Below are positions 49,944-59,695 of a stretch of 64,000 nucleotides of DNA, piece by piece. The stretch is taken from contig NVWF01000009.1 in NCBI GenBank assembly GCA_002746155.1, positions 48,662 through 112,661 on the forward strand. The letters are read 5' to 3'. This DNA is from Gammaproteobacteria bacterium (lineage in GTDB: Bacteria > Pseudomonadota > Gammaproteobacteria > Enterobacterales > GCA-2746155). Within the stretch, counting starts at the first letter, position 1; every line of letters begins with the position of its first letter. The notes below the pieces were generated by a model. The model was not told the origin of the DNA, did no database searches, and was given only the letters and a program-made list of their open reading frames with translations. Made by a program: the position numbers and the translations under genes.

Positions 49944-50631
49944 CTTTATCTCCTATCCACCATTTGCTGGTACTTAGGGTATAAATATTTAAGGTAATCA
50001 TCGCATTTGGATGCTTCTCTACTTGATAATCAAAATGTTGCCAATAAAATTTCCAAGGTAATCGTTCGAGCTTTAGCAGATAACTCTTCGTCTTCATATA
50101 ATTGCCTTTAAAAACAAGGCGGATGCCATGACGATACAAACCAAAAACATCCTTTAATTTTTCTTCATTAGTTTCTTGGTTGGGTACTTTATTAGTTTCT
50201 TTATCAAAAAGAGGCGCCACCGGTAAGTTTTCAAGACTTACTAGCTTTAATTCTGCCGATTCATGGAGCATGTTTTCTAACATGGTGGCCATTTTTTGAG
50301 GTGAAATTAATGTATCGGTATAACCAACTAAAGCTTCTTTGGTCGCCCCTAAGACTTTTTCTATCCCTTCAATTCTTCTCTCAAGTTCCATGGCAGGATC
50401 ATTTTTAATATCCTGTAACAGCTCGTTTTGTTGCGTATTAAAAGAATCTAAACGCAAATTGATCGACTGCATTTGCTTATTATACTGGGCTCTAGAATCT
50501 CGAAGGGGTTGCAAAAGAAAAAAATCAATGATGCCAGGAAGAAGAATTAATCCCATTAAGAGCACCAATATTTTTTCTCTTTGATTTAGGCCGGCAATTT
50601 TTTCACCGGCTTTTTTCCATTGAGCTTTCAT
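49936..50631 (-). CDS. mshJ: MSHA biogenesis protein MshJ (PilO-like)
   Basis: 231 aa with one TM helix followed by a coiled coil. Overlaps both neighbouring genes. Confidence 0.65.
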   Translation of the reverse strand: MKAQWKKAGEKIAGLNQREKILVLLMGLILLPGIIDFFLLQPLRDSRAQYNKQMQSINLRLDSFNTQQNELLQDIKNDPAMELERRIEGIEKVLGATKEALVGYTDTLISPQKMATMLENMLHESAELKLVSLENLPVAPLFDKETNKVPNQETNEEKLKDVFGLYRHGIRLVFKGNYMKTKSYLLKLERLPWKFYWQHFDYQVEKHPNAMITLNIYTLSTSKWWIGDKDE

Positions 50632-51254
50632 CGAGAGCTCCTTGGATTTTTTCTTGCACCGGCAACCTGATTTTCACTTTGAAGAGTAAAGCTAAGTAAA
50701 TCTTGATTATCCTCGAAAGTTTTTATTTCTAATCTCGAAAACCGCTTGTCTTTCAACGAAGTGATATTCTGTAATTTTTGGATCAGTTGCGGTACTTTTT
50801 CTGAATCGTTTGTAATGCCTGAAACACTTAGCTGCCCTTGTTGCACACTGATGTTGGTTAGCCAAATACCATCCACGGTAATTAAAGCTAAGTTTTCCAT
50901 CAAACCAGCTACACCTTTTCGCATGCCATCGGCTCTTTGGGAAAGTTGAGTAAGCACATAATTTCGTTGATCTAGGTTTGCTTGCATTGATTGAAATGTC
51001 TTTTCAAGCACAAGGCTATCGCCTCTTTTTGAAAAGCTTGCCTGTAGGGCCGTTAATTGGCCCTGTTGATGTTGTTCTCTAGCAACTGTTAATTCAAAGT
51101 TATGTTTCGCCAACTCAGTGCGTTTATACTCAAAATTATAAAGTGCTAAAATCATCACGATGCCAACAACCCAAACGAGCAACATATTGTCTAGGCTAAG
51201 CAGATCTTTTTTGGGCTTGAACTCTTCAGTGTAAAAATTGACTTGCTGCTTCAT
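50628..51254 (-). CDS. MSHA biogenesis protein MshI2 (PilN-like half of MshI)
   Basis: 208 aa. MKQQVNFYTEEFKP start typical of PilN-like proteins, one TM helix, and a coiled coil. Confidence 0.65.
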   Translation of the reverse strand: MKQQVNFYTEEFKPKKDLLSLDNMLLVWVVGIVMILALYNFEYKRTELAKHNFELTVAREQHQQGQLTALQASFSKRGDSLVLEKTFQSMQANLDQRNYVLTQLSQRADGMRKGVAGLMENLALITVDGIWLTNISVQQGQLSVSGITNDSEKVPQLIQKLQNITSLKDKRFSRLEIKTFEDNQDLLSFTLQSENQVAGARKNPRSSR

Positions 51255-52192
51255 AATTGTGGCTCTCTTCTAAAAGCCGCAGCGCAGGCTGTAAGACAAT
51301 CTTGCTGCATGGCTGGTGAAAGAGCAGCAGGTAAATCGAGCAATTCATTAATATCTAGGCATTCAACCTGGGTTGCCAAATTTTTATTCAAATATTCAGC
51401 AAGGGGTGAAATATCAGCAAAGCTTGGTGATAATAAAATTCCCGCTAAGGGTGGCTGACGCATCTGGGCATCATAATAATCAAGCGTTCTCTGAATTTCC
51501 AGAAGCAATGTATCTGCCATCATCATATTGCCTTCTGAGGGCAAACAGGCAATAAAGTCAGTGAGGCCTGATAAGCGTTTAATCAAATAGAGGGAATCAC
51601 CCCGGTAAATAAGAAGTGATATGCCTTGCTCATGATCAAGTACCAGAACCAATCCCTTATCGATACCAGGGTATGATTGAAGTATTTCGCCTAGCAGTAG
51701 TTCTGAAATATCAATTGCGTCAAGTTCAAAACCTAAGCTTGATACTATATCCACGTAGTTTGCGATTATCTCTCGACTAGATTCAACAACCATAATCTGA
51801 TCATCTAACTGACAACCCGTGGGATAGTCAACAATATCAATGACGGCCTTTTCAGTGCCGTGTACCAGTCTATCTTTCAATAAATATTTAACGGATTGCT
51901 TTAACTCAGATTTTTCAACAGAAGGTCGGGCTAGTTTATGTGTTTTATGTTCATCAATTCCAAGAACCAGGGTTACTTTTCCCTTTGGTATTGAGTGGTC
52001 TGAAATAAGTTTGGCTAATAGCTGTTTATGATTTTGTTCGCCCTGAAGGTACACGCAAAGGGTAACCTTCAATTCATTATTTTGGACCTCTGTGACACAA
52101 ACGGCTACTGCTCCCGATTGAAATGAGATTCCAATATTTACGCCTTCCTTGGACTTTTGGAGTTTTGCTAAAAGCCTGTTCAGAGAGTTCAC
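51251..52192 (-). CDS. mshI: MSHA biogenesis protein MshI1 (PilM-like, actin-like fold)
   Basis: 313 aa, cytoplasmic, first gene of the cluster. A 4-nt overlap with the PilN-like gene. Confidence 0.65.
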   Translation of the reverse strand: MNSLNRLLAKLQKSKEGVNIGISFQSGAVAVCVTEVQNNELKVTLCVYLQGEQNHKQLLAKLISDHSIPKGKVTLVLGIDEHKTHKLARPSVEKSELKQSVKYLLKDRLVHGTEKAVIDIVDYPTGCQLDDQIMVVESSREIIANYVDIVSSLGFELDAIDISELLLGEILQSYPGIDKGLVLVLDHEQGISLLIYRGDSLYLIKRLSGLTDFIACLPSEGNMMMADTLLLEIQRTLDYYDAQMRQPPLAGILLSPSFADISPLAEYLNKNLATQVECLDINELLDLPAALSPAMQQDCLTACAAAFRREPQL

Positions 52193-52226
52193 CTTTAATT
52201 ATTTTTATTAACGAATAGTTTACCCT

Positions 52227-52240
52227 TTATTGATCAATAA
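52227..52240. promoter_or_regulatory. Perfect 14-bp palindrome TTATTGATCAATAA (GATC-centred) upstream of mshI
   Basis: Read directly from the sequence. It lies 35 to 48 nt upstream of the mshI start. A second GATC is at 52283..52286. Confidence 0.3.
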
Positions 52241-52434
52241 GTGTAAGTTAAATAGCTGAATTTGCTACATTATCTATCGGCAGATCACACTAAAGGTTTA
52301 TCCTTTTGTAAAATCCCGCTATAATCGCCACCTTAATTCGATTTTGGTACTATTCTATGAAGAGCATTCATGGTATTTAGGCACTTTTATCAACACGCGC
52401 GTTTTTTAAAATTTACAGTAATAGGATTATCCAT

Positions 52435-52863
52435 ATGCAAGTTTTTATCAGAGTTTTAGTGATTTTGAGCATCACCCTAACAACCATCATAAGCCAAGCA
52501 AATCACGAGAACAAAGACACCATTGATAAAAGAACAAGCCCAGTGGGACAAGTTCACATTGAAGGTATGGCATCAGAAGCTAACTCTGATGCTGAAGTCG
52601 CCCTAGCTCCTGCTAACCTTGAGCCGCGCTCAGGTGAAACACTCTACAACACTTATTGCCTAGCTTGTCACAGCACAGGTCTTGCAAATGCTCCTAAGCT
52701 TGGAGACACTGCTGCCTGGACTAGGGTAATGGAAGTTGGTATGGATGCTGTTATCATTTCAGTCATAAAGGGCAAGAATGTAATGCCTCCTAAGGGCAAC
52801 TGTATTGACTGTTCAGAGGATGAACTTAGAAGTACTATCCTGTTCATGAGCGAAGCGAAGTAG
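52435..52863 (+). CDS. Cytochrome c5 family protein
   Basis: 142 aa. Signal peptide, CLACHS haem-binding motif, APKLGD...W, and MPPKGNCIDCSEDEL with the c5 disulfide pair. Confidence 0.8.
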   Translation: MQVFIRVLVILSITLTTIISQANHENKDTIDKRTSPVGQVHIEGMASEANSDAEVALAPANLEPRSGETLYNTYCLACHSTGLANAPKLGDTAAWTRVMEVGMDAVIISVIKGKNVMPPKGNCIDCSEDELRSTILFMSEAK

Positions 52864-52881
52864 CTACTAGCTATTTCTCTA

Positions 52882-54903
52882 CTAGCCATTTAGCATTGCT
52901 TTTAATTTGGCAAGGTGGGCTCGACCTTTATCCCGCCTTTCATCTTCACTCAAAGGTCCCTGCTTTGCTGCCCAGTCTAGATCATCCAAGGGTAGTTCTT
53001 CAAGAAAACGACTAGGTTTACAGGTAACTTGAGTGCCAAAACGCTTACGCTTCTTGGCAAGGGTCAAAGTTAAAGTGGCTTTTGCTCGGGTAATACCCAC
53101 ATAGCAAAGCCGCCGCTCCTCATCAATATTATCTTCCTCGATGGCACTTTTGTGAGGCATCAACTCTTCTTCCATTCCCACCAAATACACTTGGGGAAAT
53201 TCCAACCCCTTAGCGGCATGCAAGGTCATTAGTTGCACCTCATTACCATCGCCTTGGTCCATATCTTTTTCTTGGCGATCCCTTAACACAAGGCGCGTTA
53301 CCACAGCTGCGAGTTTATCCTTTTCCTTGTGTAGGCTGTTTTCTTTCAACATTTCATCTATCCAGCTAAGTAATTCCTGCACATTCTTCCAGCGATATTC
53401 AGCTGCAGCCGGCGTACTACTCGACTCTAAAAGCCAACTGTCATAGCTCAGGGTTTTGATAAAGTTCTTTAGCACAGATGAAATATCATTGCCCTGACAA
53501 CTTGAAGCAGTATAACAAATCATTTTTGAAAATCGCTGAAGTGCCTTTAAACCCTTACCCTTAAGCTGTGAAGCGAGGCCCATTTCCTGACTCGCTGCAA
53601 GCAGGCTGATATGACGCTGCTTGGCATAATTGCCCAACCGCTCTAAAGTCATGGCGCCTATCTCACGTCTTGGAACATTGGCTATTCGAATAAAAGCGGC
53701 GTCATCGGTTGGATTAACCAAAAGCCTTAAATAGGCCATGATGTCCCTAATCTCTGCTCTGGCAAAAAACGATTGTCCACCGCTGATACCATAGGGGATC
53801 TTATGCTCCATGAGGATTTTTTCAAAGGGCCTTGCTTGAAAGTTACCACGATATAAAATAGCAAAATCTGAATAATTAGCATTTTCAGTTAAGCGCCTTG
53901 CAGAAATATCACTCACCACCATACGAGCTTCTTTATCCTCATCACCGGTTTCAACAACACGAATGGGCTCACCATAGGCTAGATCAGACCAAAGACGTTT
54001 TTTAAAAAGGTGGGGGTTATTATCTATGAGGGAATTAGCCGCTTTTAATACCCGTCTTGAACAACGATAATTTTGTTCAAGTTTAACCACCTCTAGGGTG
54101 GGAAAGTCTTTTTTCAATAATTCTAAATTTTCAGGATCTGCACCGCGCCATGAATAGATGGACTGATCATCATCACCCACCACGGTAAAGCGAGCTTCAG
54201 GGCCAACCAATTGTTTCACCAGCTCATACTGGGCACCATTGGTATCTTGATATTCATCCACTAAAAGATAGCGAATTTTTCCCTGCCATCGATGTCTCAC
54301 CTCGGTTTCATTTTTAAATAACAAGGCAGGCAACAAAATAAGATCATCAAAATCAACGGCATTACAGGCTTTGAGATGTCGGACATAACGCTTATAAACC
54401 TTGGCGGCATAAAGCTGGTTTTGACCATCAGCCGTGGCAATTGCCTGCTCAGGGGTCAATAACTTATTCTTCCAATTTCCTAGAGCTTCTTGTAATTTAT
54501 AAAGGGCTTTTTTATCACCTTGCAGTTCCCGCTCCGTTAATTCCTTGAGTAAAGCCATGCAATCTTGATCATCAAAAATTGAAAAGTTTTTACTCATACC
54601 CAAGACTTTTGTTTCTTCTCGAATGATATTTAGACCAAGGGTGTGAAAAGTAGAAATCCGCAGCTTTTCCCCCACCAACTTACCAAGCATTTGAATTGCA
54701 CGGGCGCGCATTTCCTTGGCAGATTTATTGGTAAACGTTACAGCAGCCACCTGACTCGCTGCATAGCCACAGGACTTAACCAAGTAGGCAATTTTGTGAG
54801 CAATGACAGAAGTTTTACCACTACCAGCCCCAGCCAGTACCAATAAGGGATTAGAAATATTCTTAACAGCAGCCTGCTGTTGGGGATTTAGTTTATGAGC
54901 CAT
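52882..54903 (-). CDS. rep: ATP-dependent DNA helicase Rep
   Basis: 673 aa, collinear with E. coli Rep throughout (LNPQQQAAV, AGAGSGKT, VDEYQDTN, VVGDDDQSIYSWRGA, LEQNYRCS, the C-terminal HLAKLKAML tail). Confidence 0.92.
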   Translation of the reverse strand: MAHKLNPQQQAAVKNISNPLLVLAGAGSGKTSVIAHKIAYLVKSCGYAASQVAAVTFTNKSAKEMRARAIQMLGKLVGEKLRISTFHTLGLNIIREETKVLGMSKNFSIFDDQDCMALLKELTERELQGDKKALYKLQEALGNWKNKLLTPEQAIATADGQNQLYAAKVYKRYVRHLKACNAVDFDDLILLPALLFKNETEVRHRWQGKIRYLLVDEYQDTNGAQYELVKQLVGPEARFTVVGDDDQSIYSWRGADPENLELLKKDFPTLEVVKLEQNYRCSRRVLKAANSLIDNNPHLFKKRLWSDLAYGEPIRVVETGDEDKEARMVVSDISARRLTENANYSDFAILYRGNFQARPFEKILMEHKIPYGISGGQSFFARAEIRDIMAYLRLLVNPTDDAAFIRIANVPRREIGAMTLERLGNYAKQRHISLLAASQEMGLASQLKGKGLKALQRFSKMICYTASSCQGNDISSVLKNFIKTLSYDSWLLESSSTPAAAEYRWKNVQELLSWIDEMLKENSLHKEKDKLAAVVTRLVLRDRQEKDMDQGDGNEVQLMTLHAAKGLEFPQVYLVGMEEELMPHKSAIEEDNIDEERRLCYVGITRAKATLTLTLAKKRKRFGTQVTCKPSRFLEELPLDDLDWAAKQGPLSEDERRDKGRAHLAKLKAMLNG

Positions 54904-54926
54904 TAAGTTTATGCCTAAAAAGGAGC

Positions 54927-55062
54927 GTATTCTAACAGTTGATCATCTGACTGTCCCACTTGATTAGAATTACTTTTCACGCTTTTGCTGAGCTACTAGT
55001 CAAAGTTATTGTCTCAAAGAGTCAAAGCCTATTCCAGACTAGACACCTCTTTGTTAGAATAC
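54927..55062. repeat. 11-bp perfect inverted repeat GTATTCTAACA (54927..54937) / TGTTAGAATAC (55052..55062), one copy proximal to each helicase start
   Basis: Read directly from the sequence. Each copy reads TGTTAGAATAC in the direction of its gene and resembles an extended -10 (TGnTAGAAT). The copies end 23 nt before the rep ATG and 4 nt before the uvrD ATG. Confidence 0.6.
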
Positions 55063-55066
55063 TCTG

Positions 55067-57229
55067 ATGATAGAAGATGTTAGTGAAATACTTGATCAAT
55101 TAAACACAGCTCAACGTGAAGCCGTTTGTGCTAAAAATAAACCCTTGCTGATCTTAGCTGGGGCTGGTAGTGGAAAAACCAGAGTCCTAGTACATAGAAT
55201 TGCCTGGATGATCCAAGCTGAAGGCCATTCGGCCTACTCTATTCTTGCGGTAACCTTCACCAATAAGGCCGCCCATGAAATGCGAAGTCGAGTAGAAAGT
55301 TTACTTAATCTTCCAGCATCTAACATGTGGATAGGCACCTTCCACGGCTTAGCCCATCGTCTCTTGCGAATGCACTTTCTTGAGGCAAAACTACCCCAGT
55401 CTTTTCAAATTCTCGATTCCGATGATCAACTGCGATTAATTAAGCGGGTGATGCGAGAATTTAAGCTCGATGAAAAAGAGTGGCCACCAAGACAGGCCCA
55501 GTGGTTTATTAATCATCAAAAGGACGAAGGCCATCGAGCCGGCGATGTTAAAACCGGCGGTGATTATTTTAATAAAGTGATGCTCAAGATATACAAGGAA
55601 TATGAGCGCCTTTGTCAACAGTCCGGTCTCGTTGATTTTGCTGAACTGTTGCTTCGAGCTCTTGAGCTTTGGCAAAATAATCCGAGCCTACTTAAGCACT
55701 ACAAACAACGCTTTGCCCATGTACTAGTGGACGAATTTCAAGATACAAACCATATCCAATATGCCTGGATTAAATTACTCACCCAAGATTCTGGTAACAT
55801 CACCATCGTTGGTGATGACGACCAATCTATCTACGGTTGGCGTGGCGCTCAGGTGGGTAATATTCGAGACTTTAGCAAGGATTATCAAAATGCTGAAGTT
55901 CTCAAGTTAGAGCAAAACTATCGCTCAACGGCCACCATACTTAAAGCTGCCAATGCCGTCATATCAAAAAATAAAGACCGGATGGGCAAAGAGCTTTGGA
56001 CCAATGATAGCGACGGTGAACCCATTCAACTTTATTCTGCGTTTAACGAGCAAGAAGAGGCGCGATATATCGCATCTCGATTAAAACAGTATTCGGACCA
56101 AGGAAAGTCTTGGAATGACTGCGCTATTTTATATCGCTCCAATGCCCAGTCACGCGTACTTGAAGAGGCGTTAATTATCCGACAAATTCCCTACCGAATA
56201 TATGGCGGAGTGCGCTTCTTTGAAAGAGCTGAAATTAAGGATGCCCTTGCTTATCTACGGATCCTATCATCAAGAAATGATGATGCTGCGACTGAGCGGA
56301 TCATCAATGTCCCACCGAGAGGGATCGGTAACAAAACCATCGAGATTCTGCGCCAACAAGCCAGATTGCTCAGTTTATCGCTTTGGGAAACTGCCAAGAC
56401 TTTAATCGAGGGCGATGAACTGACTAATCGCGCTAAGACCGCTCTTATCAATTTTATCAATTTAATCGATATCTTAGACTTAAATTGTAAGGATCAGAGT
56501 CTTCATAAAAAAACCCAACTGTTAATTGATCAATCAGGGTTAATGACTCACTACCTAAAAGAAAAAGGCGAAAAGGCCGAAGCCCGCAAAGAAAATCTTG
56601 AGGAGTTAATCAACGCGACTCATGAATTTGAAGAGGCTGAAATTGAAGATAATTTGACCCCCCTTGACGCTTTTCTAAGTCACGCTGCCCTTGAGTCTGG
56701 TGAGTCTCAGGCTGATGAATATGATGAAGCTGTTCAAATGATGACTTTACATTCTGCTAAGGGATTAGAGTTTCCACTAGTATTTATTGCCGGTATGGAA
56801 GAAAACTTATTCCCCCACTCACGCTCCCTTGAAGATCCTGAAAAACTAGAAGAAGAAAGACGGCTTTGTTATGTCGGCATTACCAGAGCCATGGAAACAC
56901 TTTATCTATGTTGGGCTGAAAAAAGACGACTTTATGGCAATGAACATTATCCCAAACCCTCTCGATTTTTACGTGAAATTCCCGATGAACTAAAGCAGGA
57001 AATTCGCTTAAATGCCCAAATTAGTAGACCTCTTTATCAGGCATATAGCGAACGCCAAGAACAGAGCAAGCAGTTTGGGCTTGGACAACTAGTGATTCAT
57101 CCTAAATTTGGCGAAGGTACGGTGCTTAATTTTGAGGGTGATGGTCCCCAGGCAAGAGTACAGGTTAATTTTGAATCCGTTGGCAGCAAATGGTTGGTTA
57201 TCGCCTACGCAAGACTCGAACCTTGTTGA
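55067..57229 (+). CDS. uvrD: DNA helicase II UvrD
   Basis: 720 aa. LDQLNTAQREAV, AGAGSGKT, VDEFQDTN, IVGDDDQSIYGWRGA, LEQNYRS, and a C-terminal Tudor-like GQLVIHPKFGEGTVL. Confidence 0.92.
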   Translation: MIEDVSEILDQLNTAQREAVCAKNKPLLILAGAGSGKTRVLVHRIAWMIQAEGHSAYSILAVTFTNKAAHEMRSRVESLLNLPASNMWIGTFHGLAHRLLRMHFLEAKLPQSFQILDSDDQLRLIKRVMREFKLDEKEWPPRQAQWFINHQKDEGHRAGDVKTGGDYFNKVMLKIYKEYERLCQQSGLVDFAELLLRALELWQNNPSLLKHYKQRFAHVLVDEFQDTNHIQYAWIKLLTQDSGNITIVGDDDQSIYGWRGAQVGNIRDFSKDYQNAEVLKLEQNYRSTATILKAANAVISKNKDRMGKELWTNDSDGEPIQLYSAFNEQEEARYIASRLKQYSDQGKSWNDCAILYRSNAQSRVLEEALIIRQIPYRIYGGVRFFERAEIKDALAYLRILSSRNDDAATERIINVPPRGIGNKTIEILRQQARLLSLSLWETAKTLIEGDELTNRAKTALINFINLIDILDLNCKDQSLHKKTQLLIDQSGLMTHYLKEKGEKAEARKENLEELINATHEFEEAEIEDNLTPLDAFLSHAALESGESQADEYDEAVQMMTLHSAKGLEFPLVFIAGMEENLFPHSRSLEDPEKLEEERRLCYVGITRAMETLYLCWAEKRRLYGNEHYPKPSRFLREIPDELKQEIRLNAQISRPLYQAYSERQEQSKQFGLGQLVIHPKFGEGTVLNFEGDGPQARVQVNFESVGSKWLVIAYARLEPC

Positions 57230-57291
57230 GCAGTCAGTTATAGGATAATCTTGAGGTGGTTAATTGACATCAACATCATTAGGATCAGTGA

Positions 57292-58404
57292 ATGAAACGT
57301 AGAAATTTTATAGCCGCCGTCACAACAACCGCCGCTTTAGGTGGCTTAAGTGCTTGTAGTAAAGCAACCGAGCAATGTTCAGACACGTCTGGTACGACCA
57401 AACAAAAAGTTATCAAATGGAAGATGGTTACCACCTGGCCTAAAAATTTCCAAGGTCTGGGAGAAGGCGCCGAATTCCTTGCCCGTATTATTAATAAAAT
57501 GAGCGGCGGCAGGTTACAGGTAAAGGTCTATGGCAGTGGCGAACTTGTTCCCGCTCTACAAACTTTCGATGCCGTCAGTCAAGGTACTGCTCAAATGGGT
57601 CATGGAGCCTCTTACTACTGGAAAGGTAAAATGCCTGCAGCACCTTTTTTCACCACGGTACCCTTTGGTCTGACTGTCTCTGAAATCCAGGGTTGGCTGT
57701 TAAAAGGTGGTGGTTATGAACTTTGGCGAGAACTCTATAAACCCTTCGGTGTACGACCCTTTGTTGCAGGTAATACCGGGGTGCAGATGGCGGGCTGGTT
57801 CAATAAAGAAATTCACAGCCTTGATGATATTAAAGGTTTGAAAATGCGTATTCCAGGCCTTGGTGGCGAGGTATTACGTCGAGCAGGTGGTACACCTGTC
57901 CTCATCCCAGGCAGTGAAGTTTTCACGGCACTTGAAACAGGAGCAGTTGACGCTGCCGAATGGGTTGGTCCATACAACGATCTGGCCATGGGGCTTTATA
58001 AGGCAGCAAAATACTATTATTACCCAGGCTGGCATGAGCCAGGTACATCAGCTGAAGCGCTAGTTAATCAACAAGCTTTTGATGCGCTGCCTGAGGATTT
58101 ACAACTTATTGTAGAACAAGCTTGTCATGCTGCAAGCCTTGATATGCAAGCTGATTTTACCGCAAAAAATAATGCATCCCTACAAGTTTTAGTAGAGCAA
58201 CATCAGGTGCAACTGAGGAAGTTACCTGATGATGTGCTAATAAAACTGAGAGAGATTTCTGAACAAGTGGTGACTGAGTCTGCTCAGAAAAATGAATTGG
58301 GTAAACGAATTCTCAAATCTTTCAACAGCTACAAAAAACAAGTTAGGGCCTGGAATGAAATTTCAGAAGGGGCTTATCTTGATAGTTTAAGGCTGTCAAA
58401 ATAA
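57292..58404 (+). CDS. TRAP transporter substrate-binding protein (DctP superfamily, COG4663-like), Tat/lipoprotein signal
   Basis: 370 aa. [22 protein letters not shown] combines a twin-arginine motif and a lipobox, followed by a DctP-type fold. Confidence 0.85.
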   Translation: MKRRNFIAAVTTTAALGGLSACSKATEQCSDTSGTTKQKVIKWKMVTTWPKNFQGLGEGAEFLARIINKMSGGRLQVKVYGSGELVPALQTFDAVSQGTAQMGHGASYYWKGKMPAAPFFTTVPFGLTVSEIQGWLLKGGGYELWRELYKPFGVRPFVAGNTGVQMAGWFNKEIHSLDDIKGLKMRIPGLGGEVLRRAGGTPVLIPGSEVFTALETGAVDAAEWVGPYNDLAMGLYKAAKYYYYPGWHEPGTSAEALVNQQAFDALPEDLQLIVEQACHAASLDMQADFTAKNNASLQVLVEQHQVQLRKLPDDVLIKLREISEQVVTESAQKNELGKRILKSFNSYKKQVRAWNEISEGAYLDSLRLSK

Positions 58405-59631
58405 TTCGACATTGTCATCTTCTTCCGAGGTGGCAAATTCGTTTTCATCATATGGTCGGTCCTTCTCAACTCCCTTGTGGATCTGCAACTCTTCTCGAGT
58501 AGTATAGCTCTCGGTAAGTTGTGCTAAATAGTTATCCGCCTCACTAGAATTAGTATCAGATAACTGTTCAAAGCCCATTGAACCATCGGCAAGTTTTGAA
58601 TGTAAATCCGTAAGATTACTGCTGATATGATGCAAGATCTGACTGATTCTATCTTGAAATTGCATTTTCACAACTATGCCATTAATTTCTGAACACACAT
58701 GTTTACTCATATTCACCATTAAATTATCAGCTTCTGACAAGCTGTAGGTGGTAAATTTATGCTGTTCGATGACCTCTTTAATAATTTTTTCAGAACGGGC
58801 GATAAGCTCTTCTTCCTGAGTAGCTGACTTCTTGCCAGCATTTAGAATATTAGCCACTCCAACATTGATCACATCAACTTTCTCTTTCATCTCCTTACCA
58901 GTTTCACTGGATTGTGAAGCTAATTTTCTCACCTCATCGGCAACAACAGCGAAGCCTCTGCCTGCATCACCTGCTCTTGCTGATTCAATAGCTGCATTTA
59001 AGGCTAGGAGGTTTGTTTGATCCGCCACCTGTTGAACGGACTCTGCCATTTTTGTTAAATCTGAGGTGAAACTATCAAGCTCCTTTAGGTGGTTTAAACT
59101 ATCGTCCTTTAATCCAGCAATATTTCTTAGGGAGCTGGATACGTCATTGAGTTCGTTGTGAATATGGTCGGCGGTTTTACGAATTGCCTCTCGACTATTA
59201 AAAGCCTCACCATCACCTTCGCCCACACCTGCCATTTCGATGGTCAACTGCAACTCCCCGCTAATTTCAATAAACCTTGAGGAGAGTTCATTAACAGCTT
59301 CGGTGGATTGCGTAATGGTATTGTTGATTTGCTCAGCCCAAATAGGGGCAGCTGTGGCATAGATACGATTAAGAGAATTAAAGGCTAAATCCTCAGCAGG
59401 CTTTTCAGAAACTGCCTGCTCAAGTTGCTTAATTTTGTCATCTTTAAGTAGACTATCTTTTGATGTTAAAACAGAGATAATCACCACAGCTGCGGTGATT
59501 GCAAGGCCTAATGTCACCAACAAAAGCTGCTTATCAAGTAAAGCAAGTATCACAACAGCTAGTCCTGCTAATCCCGCCAGAACTATTAAGCCCTGAATCA
59601 GCTTCATAACCGAACGATTATTTTCATCCAT
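58396..59631 (-). CDS. Methyl-accepting chemotaxis protein with TM hairpin but no periplasmic sensor domain
   Basis: 411 aa. TM1 and TM2 are separated only by DKQ. MCP core [38 protein letters not shown] 9-nt tail-to-tail overlap with the TRAP SBP gene. Confidence 0.85.
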   Translation of the reverse strand: MDENNRSVMKLIQGLIVLAGLAGLAVVILALLDKQLLLVTLGLAITAAVVIISVLTSKDSLLKDDKIKQLEQAVSEKPAEDLAFNSLNRIYATAAPIWAEQINNTITQSTEAVNELSSRFIEISGELQLTIEMAGVGEGDGEAFNSREAIRKTADHIHNELNDVSSSLRNIAGLKDDSLNHLKELDSFTSDLTKMAESVQQVADQTNLLALNAAIESARAGDAGRGFAVVADEVRKLASQSSETGKEMKEKVDVINVGVANILNAGKKSATQEEELIARSEKIIKEVIEQHKFTTYSLSEADNLMVNMSKHVCSEINGIVVKMQFQDRISQILHHISSNLTDLHSKLADGSMGFEQLSDTNSSEADNYLAQLTESYTTREELQIHKGVEKDRPYDENEFATSEEDDNVELF

Positions 59632-59695
59632 TGAATATTCTACTCATTGCTAATTACTAATTGCTAACCTGTTTAGTATAGCAGGTATTTACGAT

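Noticed and set aside
54991-55010. AGCTACTAGTCAAAGTTATT upstream of uvrD as a second copy of the TACTAC-N8-GTAGTA dyad
   Set aside because: Only one arm matches (CTAC). The second arm (GTTATT) is not complementary, so the match is too weak to call.
58399-58413. C-terminal NVELF of the TRAP-linked MCP as a CheR/CheB-tethering pentapeptide (NWETF-like)
   Set aside because: It lacks the essential Trp of the xWxxF motif, so the similarity is superficial.
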